A stretch of 64,000 nucleotides of DNA from Spirochaetia bacterium (GCA_034520965.1 JAXHMY010000007.1:64001-128000), one strand, 5' to 3'. Positions 41,728 to 51,154 are shown, counted from the stretch's first letter. Program-made: numbers and translations. The notes: a model not told the origin generated them from the letters alone.

Positions 41728-42207
41728 CTATTTTGCTCCCTGTTCCAATGCAATTTTACCGGTTCGGATAGACTCAAGAATGGTGTACTGGCTCAACATG
41801 TTGATTGCGCTGTCGACCGCTTTTGAGTCTCCAGTTATTTCCAGTACCCAGATAGAACCGGAGGAGTTGAGGATACGAGCCTGCAATACAGTGATAAGCT
41901 GCAGCAGATTAGCCCGGTCCTGCTCGTGGACTTCCACTTTTACCAGGGCATGTTCGCGTTCAAGAATACGCTCATGATCTAAATCCCACACCTTGATCAC
42001 ATGTACCAGTTTCTGGAGCTGTTTGCGTACCTGCTCCAGCACTCCATCGTCCCCCTCCACCACAATGGTGAACCGACTTTTGCCCGGCCGTTCTGTGTGG
42101 CCGACGGTGAGGCTTTCGATGTTGAATCCGCGTCTGGAAAACAGGCCGGAGATTCGAGTCATTACTCCGGGTATATCGTCACAGAGAATAGAAATTGTGT
42201 GTGTCAT
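41728..42207 (-). CDS. ilvN: Acetolactate synthase small subunit
   Basis: PGVMTRISGLFSRRGFNIESLTVG, QVRKQLQKL and ESIRTG motifs. Confidence 0.95.
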   Translation of the reverse strand: MTHTISILCDDIPGVMTRISGLFSRRGFNIESLTVGHTERPGKSRFTIVVEGDDGVLEQVRKQLQKLVHVIKVWDLDHERILEREHALVKVEVHEQDRANLLQLITVLQARILNSSGSIWVLEITGDSKAVDSAINMLSQYTILESIRTGKIALEQGAK

Positions 42208-43931
42208 TACGCCTCTCCTTCGGTGAGTTCGAGTAAATTTCGGCCGGTAACCATGGGATACACGTGCTCTTCTTCGCCGATTTTGCAGTCGATAACGGTT
42301 ACCCCCTCAGCCTGTGCGGCAGTGGTAACCGCTTTCTGCAGCTCAGTTTCAGAGGCGGCCCGATCTCCGCGGCAGCCGAAATTTTCGGCCAAGCGATCAA
42401 ATTGAATATCCTGACTAAAGCGGCTGACATCGAAGCGGCTACTGTAAAAGCCGTCCTGCAGCTGCTGAATCATCCCCAGACGACGGTCGTTCATTACCAG
42501 CACCGTTAAATTAATTCCTGCTTCAGCGGCGGTGACCAGCTCTTGAATATTCATCAGGAAGGAGCCGTCTCCGGTAATCAGTACTACCTTTTTTTCAGGT
42601 TGTGCAAGGGCTGCCCCGATTGCTGCCGGAAGGCCGAAGCCCATGGTTCCCAGCCCTCCGCTGGTGATAAAATTACGGCCGGCGGCCACTGGAAAGTGCT
42701 GGGCCGCAAAAATCTGATGCCGTCCTACATCGGTAACCAGCAGGGCATTCGGAAAGGCCTCGGCGGCAGCAGCCAAAGCAATTGGAGTGGTAAGTCGTTC
42801 TTGATCGAAACTTTTGCTAGTGGATTTGCCGTTCTTCCCATTGTTGCCGGACTGTCTTTGTTCAAGCAGTCCGGCGGTCCACGTTGCCCGCGGATGCTCG
42901 GTGTGCGGTTGGGAATCTGATGAGTCCGAAAGTAGAGAGGTAAGGCGGGGAAGAATATCGGCGATGTCTCCGACTATCGGCAGGTAGGCGGGCACATTTT
43001 TACCGATTTCGGCAGGGTCTACATCGATATGGATGATCTTTGCATCCCGGGCAAAGGTGGCCAAGGGCCCGGTTGATCGGTCGCCAAAACGGGTGCCGAT
43101 TGCCAGGATAAGGTCGGATTTAGAGACGGCGGTGTTGGCAGCTCTGCTACCGTGATATCCGAACAAGCCCAAGTTAAGGGGGTTGTAATTATCGAAGGCA
43201 GACTTACCCATTAAAGTGTGAACCACCGGTATCCCAAGGTTTTTCACGAAATCGGCAACATCGGTATATGTGTTAGAGGAGATAATGCCACCACCGGCGA
43301 TAATAACCGGCCGCTGGGCTTCGCGCAGCACCGCAGCGGCCCGCTTTATCTGGCCCGGGTGCCCTTTAGTGGTTGGGTTATACCCTTCCAAAACCCTGCG
43401 CTTCTCGTGCTGGTTGGCAAATTCATCGGTCTGTACATCCTTAGGAATATCTACCAGCACCGGCCCTCGGCGGCCGGTTCCAGCCAGGAAAAAAGCCTCT
43501 TCGATAGTCGGGGCTACCTGTGGGGCGGATTGGACTAGATAGTTATGCTTGGTAATGGGCATGGTGATTCCGGTTATGTCTACCTCCTGAAAAGCATCAT
43601 TGCCGATCATTGTACGGGAAACCTGCCCGGTGATTGCCAGCATAGGCGATGAGTCCATGTAGGCGGTGGCTATACCGGTGACCAGGTTTGTGGCGCCGGG
43701 TCCGCTGGTGGCCATACAGACCCCGGTTTTCCCGCTCGCCCGGGCATAGCCGTCGGCCATATGGGCGGCTCCCTGTTCATGGCGGGCTTGGATGTGACGG
43801 ATTGTCGACCGTTGCAGTGCCTCATAGATAGGCAGGTTCGCACCGCCTGGATACCCGAATATGATTTCCGTCCCGGCCTTCTCTAATGTTCGTACCAGTG
43901 CTTTTGCCCCGGTTGATTTACCCTTCTTCAC
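42207..43931 (-). CDS. ilvB: Acetolactate synthase large subunit
   Basis: FGYPGGA, RHEQGAAHMADGYAR, TSGPGATN, SGGLGTMGFGLP and GDGSFLMN motifs. Confidence 0.96.
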   Translation of the reverse strand: MKKGKSTGAKALVRTLEKAGTEIIFGYPGGANLPIYEALQRSTIRHIQARHEQGAAHMADGYARASGKTGVCMATSGPGATNLVTGIATAYMDSSPMLAITGQVSRTMIGNDAFQEVDITGITMPITKHNYLVQSAPQVAPTIEEAFFLAGTGRRGPVLVDIPKDVQTDEFANQHEKRRVLEGYNPTTKGHPGQIKRAAAVLREAQRPVIIAGGGIISSNTYTDVADFVKNLGIPVVHTLMGKSAFDNYNPLNLGLFGYHGSRAANTAVSKSDLILAIGTRFGDRSTGPLATFARDAKIIHIDVDPAEIGKNVPAYLPIVGDIADILPRLTSLLSDSSDSQPHTEHPRATWTAGLLEQRQSGNNGKNGKSTSKSFDQERLTTPIALAAAAEAFPNALLVTDVGRHQIFAAQHFPVAAGRNFITSGGLGTMGFGLPAAIGAALAQPEKKVVLITGDGSFLMNIQELVTAAEAGINLTVLVMNDRRLGMIQQLQDGFYSSRFDVSRFSQDIQFDRLAENFGCRGDRAASETELQKAVTTAAQAEGVTVIDCKIGEEEHVYPMVTGRNLLELTEGEA

Positions 43932-43996
43932 ACAATACCTCCTTGTGTCTGTTCGACCTGTTTCAAGGGAGGCGGATAGACTGGTGATTGGAGCAT

Positions 43997-44031
43997 AAAA
44001 AAAGGCCCGTCGCCGGAGGGCGACAGGCCTG
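43997..44031 (-). terminator. Attenuator terminator upstream of ilvB
   Basis: Minus strand AGGCCTGTCGCC-CTCC-GGCGACGGGCC-TTTTTTT between the leader ORF and ilvB. Confidence 0.85.
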
Positions 44032-44051
44032 TAATATACTCTTTGTACAGC

Positions 44052-44168
44052 CTAACCGCTACCCGACGGTTTGAAAAAACCCGGAACCAGTACGAGGACG
44101 ACAACTAGTAGAACGACACGCAGCAGAGTTGTGGGTAGTAGTTGTGTTCTGTTGTCTAAATTTCTCAT
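44052..44168 (-). CDS. ilvBN attenuation leader peptide (38 aa, Leu/Val-rich)
   Basis: Manual translation MRNLDNRTQLLPTTLLRVVLLVVVLVLVPGFFKPSGSG*; two CTA-CTA pairs; located between promoter and terminator. Confidence 0.85.
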   Translation of the reverse strand: MRNLDNRTQLLPTTLLRVVLLVVVLVLVPGFFKPSGSG

Positions 44169-44190
44169 AATTCCGTTTTCCTTGGCAGTA

Positions 44191-44219
44191 ACTATAGATA
44201 GAAACTGTACTGCTGTCAA
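44191..44219 (-). promoter_or_regulatory. Sigma70 promoter of the ilv leader/ilvBN
   Basis: TTGACA-17 nt-TATAGT on the minus strand. Confidence 0.8.
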
Positions 44220-44238
44220 TAAATTCTATAGGAATAGT

Positions 44239-45045
44239 TCAACTTTTCTTTTCCCAAGTAGTGTTCATGAAGGCCGCATCTTCAGCTCGCTGGTTGTAGA
44301 GGTGATGATAGAAGGCGTTATGCTCTTCGTTTGGATAACAGCTGCAGGTAAGCTGGTCGCCGGTTACAGCCTCTTTATTGTACTTGATGTGCAGGCTGGT
44401 TATACCGTGGGTATTGCGGAACTCTAAGGGGATTGCCTCCAGCGCACCTCCCATGTAGCGTACGCTGTTGAGGTGGCCGTTAAAATCGATATCGTAGTTG
44501 TGGACCCGCTGGCTGAAAGTGGTGGCCGGCCCTTCGAAGGCGGTGATTTTGCGCAGCTGGACGTCCGGACAGGCTGATTCATTTACTTCGGTAAGGTGTT
44601 CGGCGATGTCGGGACGTCGGACCGGCCTCCGGCTCTCTTCATCAATAATCGACCAACTGCTGGTACCTCTGGCAAATACCTTTGGTGTGGGCGACGGCTT
44701 GTCCTCTACAGAAGTGCCCCTTTGAAAATTGCTGTTATAGAAACCTTCGTTCTGCAGCCCGCTAATTTCAAAATCGATAAAATATTGGATTCCGCGGATT
44801 TTGCGGGCCCAAATGGAGACATTCAGGTTAGTTCGCCATTTGGGGCGATCAAGGGTAAAGCTGGAGTACATTCCGGTGAGTATCCAGGACTGATTCTGTT
44901 TTTGTAAATCGTATGAGGCGTAGTTCATATCCGCCAGCCAGCTTGCCACGGTATCTTGAGCATAAGAACACAGGTGGTACGGCTTGATGCGGTATTCCGG
45001 ATCCATTTCAATAGTACGCACGGTGTAGGTGTTGGTGTATTTCAT
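44239..45045 (-). CDS. Acyl-ACP thioesterase
   Basis: Double hotdog pattern; SSWSIIDEESRRP and DIDFNGHLNSVRY motifs. Confidence 0.88.
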   Translation of the reverse strand: MKYTNTYTVRTIEMDPEYRIKPYHLCSYAQDTVASWLADMNYASYDLQKQNQSWILTGMYSSFTLDRPKWRTNLNVSIWARKIRGIQYFIDFEISGLQNEGFYNSNFQRGTSVEDKPSPTPKVFARGTSSWSIIDEESRRPVRRPDIAEHLTEVNESACPDVQLRKITAFEGPATTFSQRVHNYDIDFNGHLNSVRYMGGALEAIPLEFRNTHGITSLHIKYNKEAVTGDQLTCSCYPNEEHNAFYHHLYNQRAEDAAFMNTTWEKKS

Positions 45046-45245
45046 TCTATCTCCTTACTTTTTTATAGCTGCCTTCGCAACACTTATGGTAGGTGGAATT
45101 GTAGAGAGATTCCCCGTTTTTGAAAAGTCCGGCTTTGGCTGTACCAGAGACCGCCGGAGAAGCAGTTTCAGCGATTCTAAGAATAGCTGAAACTGTTTGC
45201 CTTTCCGGTGCAAGATTACTAATTTTGAATGATAGGAGGAATCTA

Positions 45246-45677
45246 ATGAACACGAGTAAAATAGTAAAGCAAATTATTCTGGTATTGTTTCTGGTCGCTC
45301 TTGGGGCGTGTGCGGCAGAATCGGGAAATATAGCCGAAAAAAATATGGAAGACAGCACTTCAGAGAGTGCAGATTATAAGGATCCGGAGGCACTTGCACG
45401 GTTAATTGAAGAGGGGGAGACGGAGCATATTGTGGTGGATGTGCGGACTCCTGCAGAATATGCCGACGGGCATATTCCTTCGGCAATAAATATTCCCGTC
45501 AGCGAAATTGGAGGACAGCCGCCCTCAGTTCCAAAGGACAGTTTGGTGGTGGTATATTGCCGCAGCGGAGCCCGTTCAAGCCGTGCTGCCGAAAGTTTGC
45601 AATCTCTGGGCTACACAAGGGTAGTGGATTTTGGGGGTATCTCTCGCTGGGATGGAGAGACAGTAACTGGGGAGTGA
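45246..45677 (+). CDS. Rhodanese-domain lipoprotein
   Basis: Lipobox ALGAC; VDVRTPAEYADGHIPSAINIP; VYCRSGARS. Confidence 0.9.
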   Translation: MNTSKIVKQIILVLFLVALGACAAESGNIAEKNMEDSTSESADYKDPEALARLIEEGETEHIVVDVRTPAEYADGHIPSAINIPVSEIGGQPPSVPKDSLVVVYCRSGARSSRAAESLQSLGYTRVVDFGGISRWDGETVTGE

Positions 45678-45683
45678 TGGAGT

Positions 45684-46034
45684 ATGCATGAACTGGGAAT
45701 TACCCATGAGATTTTGGAGATAGTCCTTCGGTATGCACGGCGGCACCGGGTGACACAGGTAAGCAAGGTTCAGCTCGAAATTGGAGAGCTCAGTGATCTT
45801 GAACAGGAGTGGATCCAGCACTATTTTGATGCTATCAGCCGCGGAAGCGTGGCTGAAGGGGCCAGGATCGAAGTAAAAAAACTGCCGTGTCGCTTTTTCT
45901 GTCGTGAGTGTGGAAACGAGTTTGTTGCAACTTTAACAAACGATGAGCCGCTTATATGCTACGGATGTGGATCGGAGGCGGTAGAGATGATTTCGGGGTC
46001 CGAGTATACTGTAAAGAGTATGGAGGCAACATGA
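45684..46034 (+). CDS. hypA: Hydrogenase nickel metallochaperone HypA
   Basis: MHELGI; CRECG and CYGCG zinc motifs. Confidence 0.93.
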   Translation: MHELGITHEILEIVLRYARRHRVTQVSKVQLEIGELSDLEQEWIQHYFDAISRGSVAEGARIEVKKLPCRFFCRECGNEFVATLTNDEPLICYGCGSEAVEMISGSEYTVKSMEAT

Positions 46035-46702
46035 GGGAAGTAAGACTTATACAGATTGAGGAAGATATTCAGGCCGATAACCGTCTAGAGGCGGCGAAGG
46101 TACGCAGCCGCCTGGCGGAAGCGGGAACCTTTATGCTGAATCTGATGTCCTCGCCGGGTTCAGGGAAAACCAGCCTAATTTTGAGGACTATAGAAGCTGT
46201 GCAGTCCATGAGGACTCCGGCAATAGGAATGGCGGTTATAGAGGCGGATATGGACTCTCAGGTGGATGCCGAGACTATTATCGATGCCGGGGTTCCAGCG
46301 GTGCAGCTGCGAACCGGCGGCTTTTGTCATGTGGACTCTTATATGGTGGCAAAAACCCTTCCGAGCCTCGATTTAGAGCCCACCGACCTGCTTATTCTGG
46401 AAAATGTGGGAAACCTCATTTGTCCCGCCCAGTCGGATACCGGGGCCAATGCTAATGTCATGATATTGAGTGTTCCCGAGGGGGATGATAAACCCCTCAA
46501 GTATCCTGTGATGTTTCGAGAGTGCGAGGCGCTGGTGGTGAACAAGGCCGATTACCTGCAGATGGGGGATTTTGATATGGACAGCCTCCGTCGGCGGGCA
46601 AAAAAGCTGAACCCGGAGATTGAAATATTTGAAGTGTCCTGCAAAACCGGTGCCGGTGTGCAGCAGTGGGCGGAGTGGCTGCTTGAGAGGATCGGCAGAT
46701 AA
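46031..46702 (+). CDS. hypB: Hydrogenase nickel incorporation GTPase HypB
   Basis: SSPGSGKT, TGGFCH, ENVGNLICP, SVPEGDDKPLKYP and NKAD motifs; ATGA overlap with hypA. Confidence 0.95.
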   Translation: MREVRLIQIEEDIQADNRLEAAKVRSRLAEAGTFMLNLMSSPGSGKTSLILRTIEAVQSMRTPAIGMAVIEADMDSQVDAETIIDAGVPAVQLRTGGFCHVDSYMVAKTLPSLDLEPTDLLILENVGNLICPAQSDTGANANVMILSVPEGDDKPLKYPVMFRECEALVVNKADYLQMGDFDMDSLRRRAKKLNPEIEIFEVSCKTGAGVQQWAEWLLERIGR

Positions 46703-46712
46703 GGCTCTCTTT

Positions 46713-47879
46713 TCAAACCCGCATACCTAAACCGGCTTTAATTAACAGGCCGGTTGCCCGCAGAAAGCCGAAACGGCCGTACAGCATCCTGACATACATT
46801 TCCATTGCACTTCCCGGAGGGGCTTGGTGCTTTTTGTGTGCCCGCAGCGTGATGGCCCCTGAGGGGCAGGCTCCAACACAAAGTCCGCAGCCGATACAGC
46901 GTTCCGGCGCTACCATTGCTTTGCCTTTGGTGCTTTTGGAGCTGCTTGTAAGAGAGAGGGCATCCATGGGACAGCGGGGCACACAGAGCCCGCAGCCGAT
47001 GCATGCAGCCGGGTCGATACGGGCGGAGTAGTTTGACTGCAGGAACTTCCCGGGGTTGGGCAGCTTTTTGGCCCGTGAGAGGATGGCACAGCAGCAGCTG
47101 CAGCAGCAGCAGATGAACACCGGTTGTCTGGTGTTCTGGGCCTGCAGTACCAGGCCTTCAGCTTCAGCCTGCTGTAAATAGTCCAGGGTCTCTTGCTTGC
47201 TCAGCTGCGGGCCTCGCTGCTCCTTGATGACCTGGGTGGCGGCGCTTCCGAGGGCCAAACAGGTTTGCTTCAGATTGGTCTGTCGGCACTGCTGTCCCAA
47301 AAGCTCACGCCCCTGCCGGCAGACACAGTTTTGTAGGGCAAAGGGGCCGGGGGAGAGTTCAATGACCCGCCGAATGCTGTCGTAGTGACTGACCGCGCGG
47401 TCGGGGAGGATCTGCTCGTTGATGGGGATGGTGCGCATTTGTCGCGGCTGCTCGCGTAAGAACTCATGCATAAAGGTCGAGTTCATATAGGCTTCAGCCT
47501 CCTGTTCGAAGCCGCGGGTAAGCCGGTCTACCTGAAACTCGTACAGCCCCACTGCAAAGGGAAGCTTCCCGTACACCCGGACAGGACGGCCCCGTTTTTT
47601 TACCAGGGCACTATTGACGGCCTTTTTCTCTGCCAGGTTTTCCAGCAACCCTTGAACGCTAGAGAGGGGCAGGCGGTAGCCGGTACGGCTCAGCCGCCGG
47701 TGGATTTTGCGGGCCGGCTCGGGGAGCATACTTAGGCAAAGGGCAATTCTAGCCTCCTCCTCGGTATAAAAGCGTTTGAGAATATCTATTTCTATGCCCG
47801 ACTCGGACCGGGGGAATGCGACGGGCATTACGTCGAGGTGGGCTTGCAGTGTCCGGTATAGCTGCTCGGTGGTTTTCAT
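46713..47879 (-). CDS. 4Fe-4S binding protein with a Cys-rich central domain
   Basis: CVCRQ, ICCCCSCCCAIL, CIGCGLCVPRCP and CIGCGLCVGACP motifs. Confidence 0.85.
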   Translation of the reverse strand: MKTTEQLYRTLQAHLDVMPVAFPRSESGIEIDILKRFYTEEEARIALCLSMLPEPARKIHRRLSRTGYRLPLSSVQGLLENLAEKKAVNSALVKKRGRPVRVYGKLPFAVGLYEFQVDRLTRGFEQEAEAYMNSTFMHEFLREQPRQMRTIPINEQILPDRAVSHYDSIRRVIELSPGPFALQNCVCRQGRELLGQQCRQTNLKQTCLALGSAATQVIKEQRGPQLSKQETLDYLQQAEAEGLVLQAQNTRQPVFICCCCSCCCAILSRAKKLPNPGKFLQSNYSARIDPAACIGCGLCVPRCPMDALSLTSSSKSTKGKAMVAPERCIGCGLCVGACPSGAITLRAHKKHQAPPGSAMEMYVRMLYGRFGFLRATGLLIKAGLGMRV

Positions 47880-48000
47880 AAACAGGTTTAGTGTAATAGC
47901 TGCCCACCGGAGTGTCTACTGCAGGGGGATGGGCAGTTAGACTGGATCGTTGCCCGGCTGCTTTTGAACGGGGCCACAGAGCTGCCAAAGAGCATCTGTA

Positions 48001-48043
48001 AAAAAAATAAAAAAAAGGGAGGGTACCCATACCGAGCCCCTCC
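48001..48043 (-). terminator. Intrinsic terminator after dpsL
   Basis: Minus strand GGGAGGGGC...GTACCCTCCC followed by a long T-tract. Confidence 0.75.
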
Positions 48044-48059
48044 CATGCGCGTTCAGCAG

Positions 48060-48611
48060 TTATTTGAGGAATTTGCTGACAAAGGGGGAGGTTTGTCCTT
48101 CGCGCATAAAGTGGCCTGAAGGGCCTTCGCCTAGGAATTCGGAGAACCATGATTCGTGCTCGATCTCTTCGTTCAGTATTGCCTGGGCGAGATCGTAGGT
48201 GCGGTGGTCCTTGCCGGCGGTGAGGTTGCAGATTTCCGTGTAGCCCCGGACTGCGCAGCGCTCGGCCTCGACCAGTACTTTCATGATGGCTTTTACATCA
48301 CTGGGGTCGGAGGGCAGGGATGCCGGCGGGCAGGCGGAGATGTCGTGGAAATCGACCATGTTGCCCGGCAGTTCGCCGCCAAGCTCGTAAATGCGGGGAA
48401 CCAGTGCCTCGAAATGATTCCGATCTTCGATGCGTGCGACTTCCGCAATTTCCTTGAGTCCTTCACCTTCAAGTCCGATGAGGTTTACCCGTAGGATTGT
48501 GTAATAGTAAAATGTTGTCAGTTCTGCGGATGCGTTTTTCACAAGTAGATCTACCAGTTGATCTACATCAACTCCAGCCTGTTCGACAACTTCTCTTGTA
48601 ACTCTAGCCAT
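48060..48611 (-). CDS. DPS-like (DPSL) ferritin-superfamily protein
   Basis: ELTTFYYYTILR, EDRNHFEALVPRIYELGG, SACPPA, AERCAV and EEIEHE: bacterioferritin-type di-iron ligands plus the Cys pair typical of DPSL. Confidence 0.9.
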   Translation of the reverse strand: MARVTREVVEQAGVDVDQLVDLLVKNASAELTTFYYYTILRVNLIGLEGEGLKEIAEVARIEDRNHFEALVPRIYELGGELPGNMVDFHDISACPPASLPSDPSDVKAIMKVLVEAERCAVRGYTEICNLTAGKDHRTYDLAQAILNEEIEHESWFSEFLGEGPSGHFMREGQTSPFVSKFLK

Positions 48612-48659
48612 ATTCGGCCTCCTTAATTATTTTGGCGACGGGGTCGCCGTTTTATATAA

Positions 48660-48686
48660 TAAGAATAATAATAGGTATTATTCTTA
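48660..48686. promoter_or_regulatory. Probable PerR operator upstream of dpsL
   Basis: TAAGAATAATA-ATAGG-TATTATTCTTA inverted repeat sharing the half-site TAAGAAT with the perR operator. Confidence 0.65.
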
Positions 48687-48786
48687 AATATTCTCTATTT
48701 CTATAGGCTTCTCTTGGCCTTCATCGCTGCTCGCTGGCTTGTTCCAGCCCTTTAGTTTCTAAATTTTAGTTCCTGAACTTGTATTC

Positions 48787-49191
48787 CTATTCCTTTGCGG
48801 CTGCATTTAAATTTCTGCAGTGCTCGCAGAGTCCGTAAAAATCGAGTCGGTGGTTGTGAACTTCAAAGCCGGTTTGACTTGATACCTTGCGCTCTATATT
48901 TTCATCAAAGGGAATGTCCAGATCGCGGATAGCACCGCAGTTTTCACAAATAAAGTGATAGTGTTTAGCGGTATTGGCATCGAAATGATCGGTTGCATCA
49001 TCAAAGCGAACATTTTTTAGCTTCCCCTCGGAGACCAAAATATTCAGGTTTCGGTATACCGTGCCGATGGCCACTTTAGGATGCTCCTGCCGCAGCCGGT
49101 CATGTACCCAGGCGGCGGTGGGGTGGGAACCGGTATGTTCGAGTAAATGAAGAATCCTTTCCCGTAAATCACTCTTGTTCAGTCGAGCCAC
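48787..49191 (-). CDS. perR: Fur-family regulator, PerR-like
   Basis: SHPTA, GTVYRNL, DHFDANTAKHYHFICENCG and CEHC motifs; next to dpsL. Confidence 0.8.
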   Translation of the reverse strand: MARLNKSDLRERILHLLEHTGSHPTAAWVHDRLRQEHPKVAIGTVYRNLNILVSEGKLKNVRFDDATDHFDANTAKHYHFICENCGAIRDLDIPFDENIERKVSSQTGFEVHNHRLDFYGLCEHCRNLNAAAKE

Positions 49192-49231
49192 TGTGTATCC
49201 GCCTTTACTATAGTGCCCTTATCTTTATAAA

Positions 49232-49286
49232 TAAAAATAAGAATTATTCTTATTTTTAGTATAAGGCCAATGTCTCTTCGGGTCAA
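49232..49286 (-). promoter_or_regulatory. perR promoter with an adjacent palindromic operator
   Basis: TTGACC-17 nt-TATACT (49286-49258) directly followed by the perfect 13-1-13 palindrome TAAAAATAAGAAT-T-ATTCTTATTTTTA (49232-49258). Confidence 0.8.
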
Positions 49287-49392
49287 TGAAAATTGCATAC
49301 ATTTTACTTTTTTCTTGCCCGTCGCCCTAAGCGGGTTTAACATCTTCTCGAAGTAGTACTAAACTATCCTAGTATTCAGCCCGGAGATAGCT

Positions 49393-50394
49393 ATGGAACA
49401 CACAATTTACGTTATTTTTAACCCAACCGCCGATCATGGTAAGGCACTGAAACATGTATCGCAGATTGAGGCCAGTTTGGATAGGCATAACATCGTTTAC
49501 AAGTTAGAGTTGACCCGCAGTTCCGGGCATGCCATTAAACTTGCTCGGGAAGCGGCCCGTCAATCTGTTGAAAACTATCGTGCGGGAAGGGCAGGGTTGA
49601 AGGCTGTTGTGGCCGCCGGTGGTGACGGGACGGTAAATGAGGTAATCAACGGGCTGATGGAAGCAAATGCGGACCTGAACATGTCCGGTCCGCAGGTTGA
49701 GTTTCCCGCTCTGGGGGTAATTCCCGTCGGACGGGGGAACGATTTTGCCTACGGGGCGGGGGTTGTTCATGACCTTGAGAAGGCCTGCCGGCTGTTGAAG
49801 GGTGAGAAGCGGTACGATATGGATGTGGGAGTTGTAAGGGGCGGGCTGTTTCCGCAAGGCAGATACTTCGGCAACGGTATCGGCATTGGGTTTGATACTC
49901 TAGTCGGGCTCGAGGCGGCAAAAGTAGCCTGGATACCCGGATCTTTGGGGTATGTGTACGGAGCCCTGAAAACTTTGATGGTTTATCCGCAGTCTCCGAT
50001 TGTTCGCCTCTTCTACGATGGCGGGGCTTCCGGAACCCAGAGAGTCGAGGTTCACAGTCAGCAGATATCCATTATGAACGGTAGACGCATGGGCGGGGCC
50101 TTTTTTATGGCCCCTGGGGGAATCAATTTTGATAAGATGCTCGACCTGTGTATGACAAGGGGCGAGCTGCGCCGGGGACAGTTGTTATCGGCCCTGGGCC
50201 AATACACCCGGGGTACTCAGGCCGGAAACCCCCACGTGTTAACCGACAGGGCGAAAACCTTTGAGATCGAATCCGATAAAGGGGGACTCGTATGCCACGC
50301 CGACGGCGAGACAGTGTGTACCGACGGGAAAAAACTGCAGGTTGAGTGTATTCCCCATGCGCTTCAAATGCTGGGCGAAGCCCGGGAGGGCTGA
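49393..50394 (+). CDS. Diacylglycerol/lipid kinase family protein
   Basis: IFNPTA, AAGGDGTVNEVINGL, IPVGRGNDFA and HADGE motifs. Confidence 0.92.
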   Translation: MEHTIYVIFNPTADHGKALKHVSQIEASLDRHNIVYKLELTRSSGHAIKLAREAARQSVENYRAGRAGLKAVVAAGGDGTVNEVINGLMEANADLNMSGPQVEFPALGVIPVGRGNDFAYGAGVVHDLEKACRLLKGEKRYDMDVGVVRGGLFPQGRYFGNGIGIGFDTLVGLEAAKVAWIPGSLGYVYGALKTLMVYPQSPIVRLFYDGGASGTQRVEVHSQQISIMNGRRMGGAFFMAPGGINFDKMLDLCMTRGELRRGQLLSALGQYTRGTQAGNPHVLTDRAKTFEIESDKGGLVCHADGETVCTDGKKLQVECIPHALQMLGEAREG

Positions 50395-50395
50395 G

Positions 50396-51100
50396 ATGGC
50401 GCGTGTGAAGATGAGCCTCTGGGGACATGGCGTAACCCGTGGAATCAAAGCCTTGCTTCATATGCTGTGCAGAATCACTAAAGAAGGTGTTGATGCTGTT
50501 CCGGACGAGGGACCACTGATTGTTGTGACGAATCATATTAATTTTTTAGAAGTCCCACTGATTTACACCCATCTGTATCCGCGCCCCAGTAGTTCGCTGG
50601 TAAAGGCGGAAACCTGGGAGAATCCGGTGCTGGGGCGGCTGGCTAACCTGTGGAGCGGGATTCCGCTTACCCGCAGAGCCACAGACTTTACGGCTTTGCG
50701 GAGCGCCGAGGCTCGGCTAAAGGAGGGGCAGCTGCTGTATGTGGCACCCGAGGGAACCCGCAGCTACACCGGCCTGCTGCAGCGGGGTAATCCGGGGGTG
50801 GTTACCCTGGCATTAAGGTCTGGAGCGACGATAGTTCCGGTAGTCCATTTTGGCGGAGAGAGGTTTTGGCACAATGCGAAGCGCCTTCGGCGAACTCCGG
50901 TTAGCCTGCGGGCGGGACGGCCCTTTCGTATAAAAGTACCCTCCGGAGGGGTGAACCGCCGGCTGCGGCAGGAGATTGTAGATGAGGTAATGACGTATAT
51001 GGCCTCACTTTTGCCGGAGGACTACCGGGGACATTATGCTGCAGAAGCCGGTAGCCCTCCCGGGAAGGTTGAGTATGAGTACCTTGAGTTCATGGAGTGA
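50396..51100 (+). CDS. Lysophospholipid acyltransferase (PlsC-like)
   Basis: NHINFLE and APEGTRS motifs; ATG 1 nt after the kinase stop. Confidence 0.88.
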   Translation: MARVKMSLWGHGVTRGIKALLHMLCRITKEGVDAVPDEGPLIVVTNHINFLEVPLIYTHLYPRPSSSLVKAETWENPVLGRLANLWSGIPLTRRATDFTALRSAEARLKEGQLLYVAPEGTRSYTGLLQRGNPGVVTLALRSGATIVPVVHFGGERFWHNAKRLRRTPVSLRAGRPFRIKVPSGGVNRRLRQEIVDEVMTYMASLLPEDYRGHYAAEAGSPPGKVEYEYLEFME

Positions 51101-51154
51101 CTTTCTTCTAAATATTTTCTTGATTTTTCAAAAAATACCCCGTAGTGTTGAGCC

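Noticed and set aside
47880..48000. Structured RNA upstream of the Fe-S protein gene
   Set aside because: Short GC stems only, with no recognisable family or second copy.
48060..48611. Encapsulin cargo ferritin
   Set aside because: No encapsulin shell gene nearby and the motifs fit the DPSL family.
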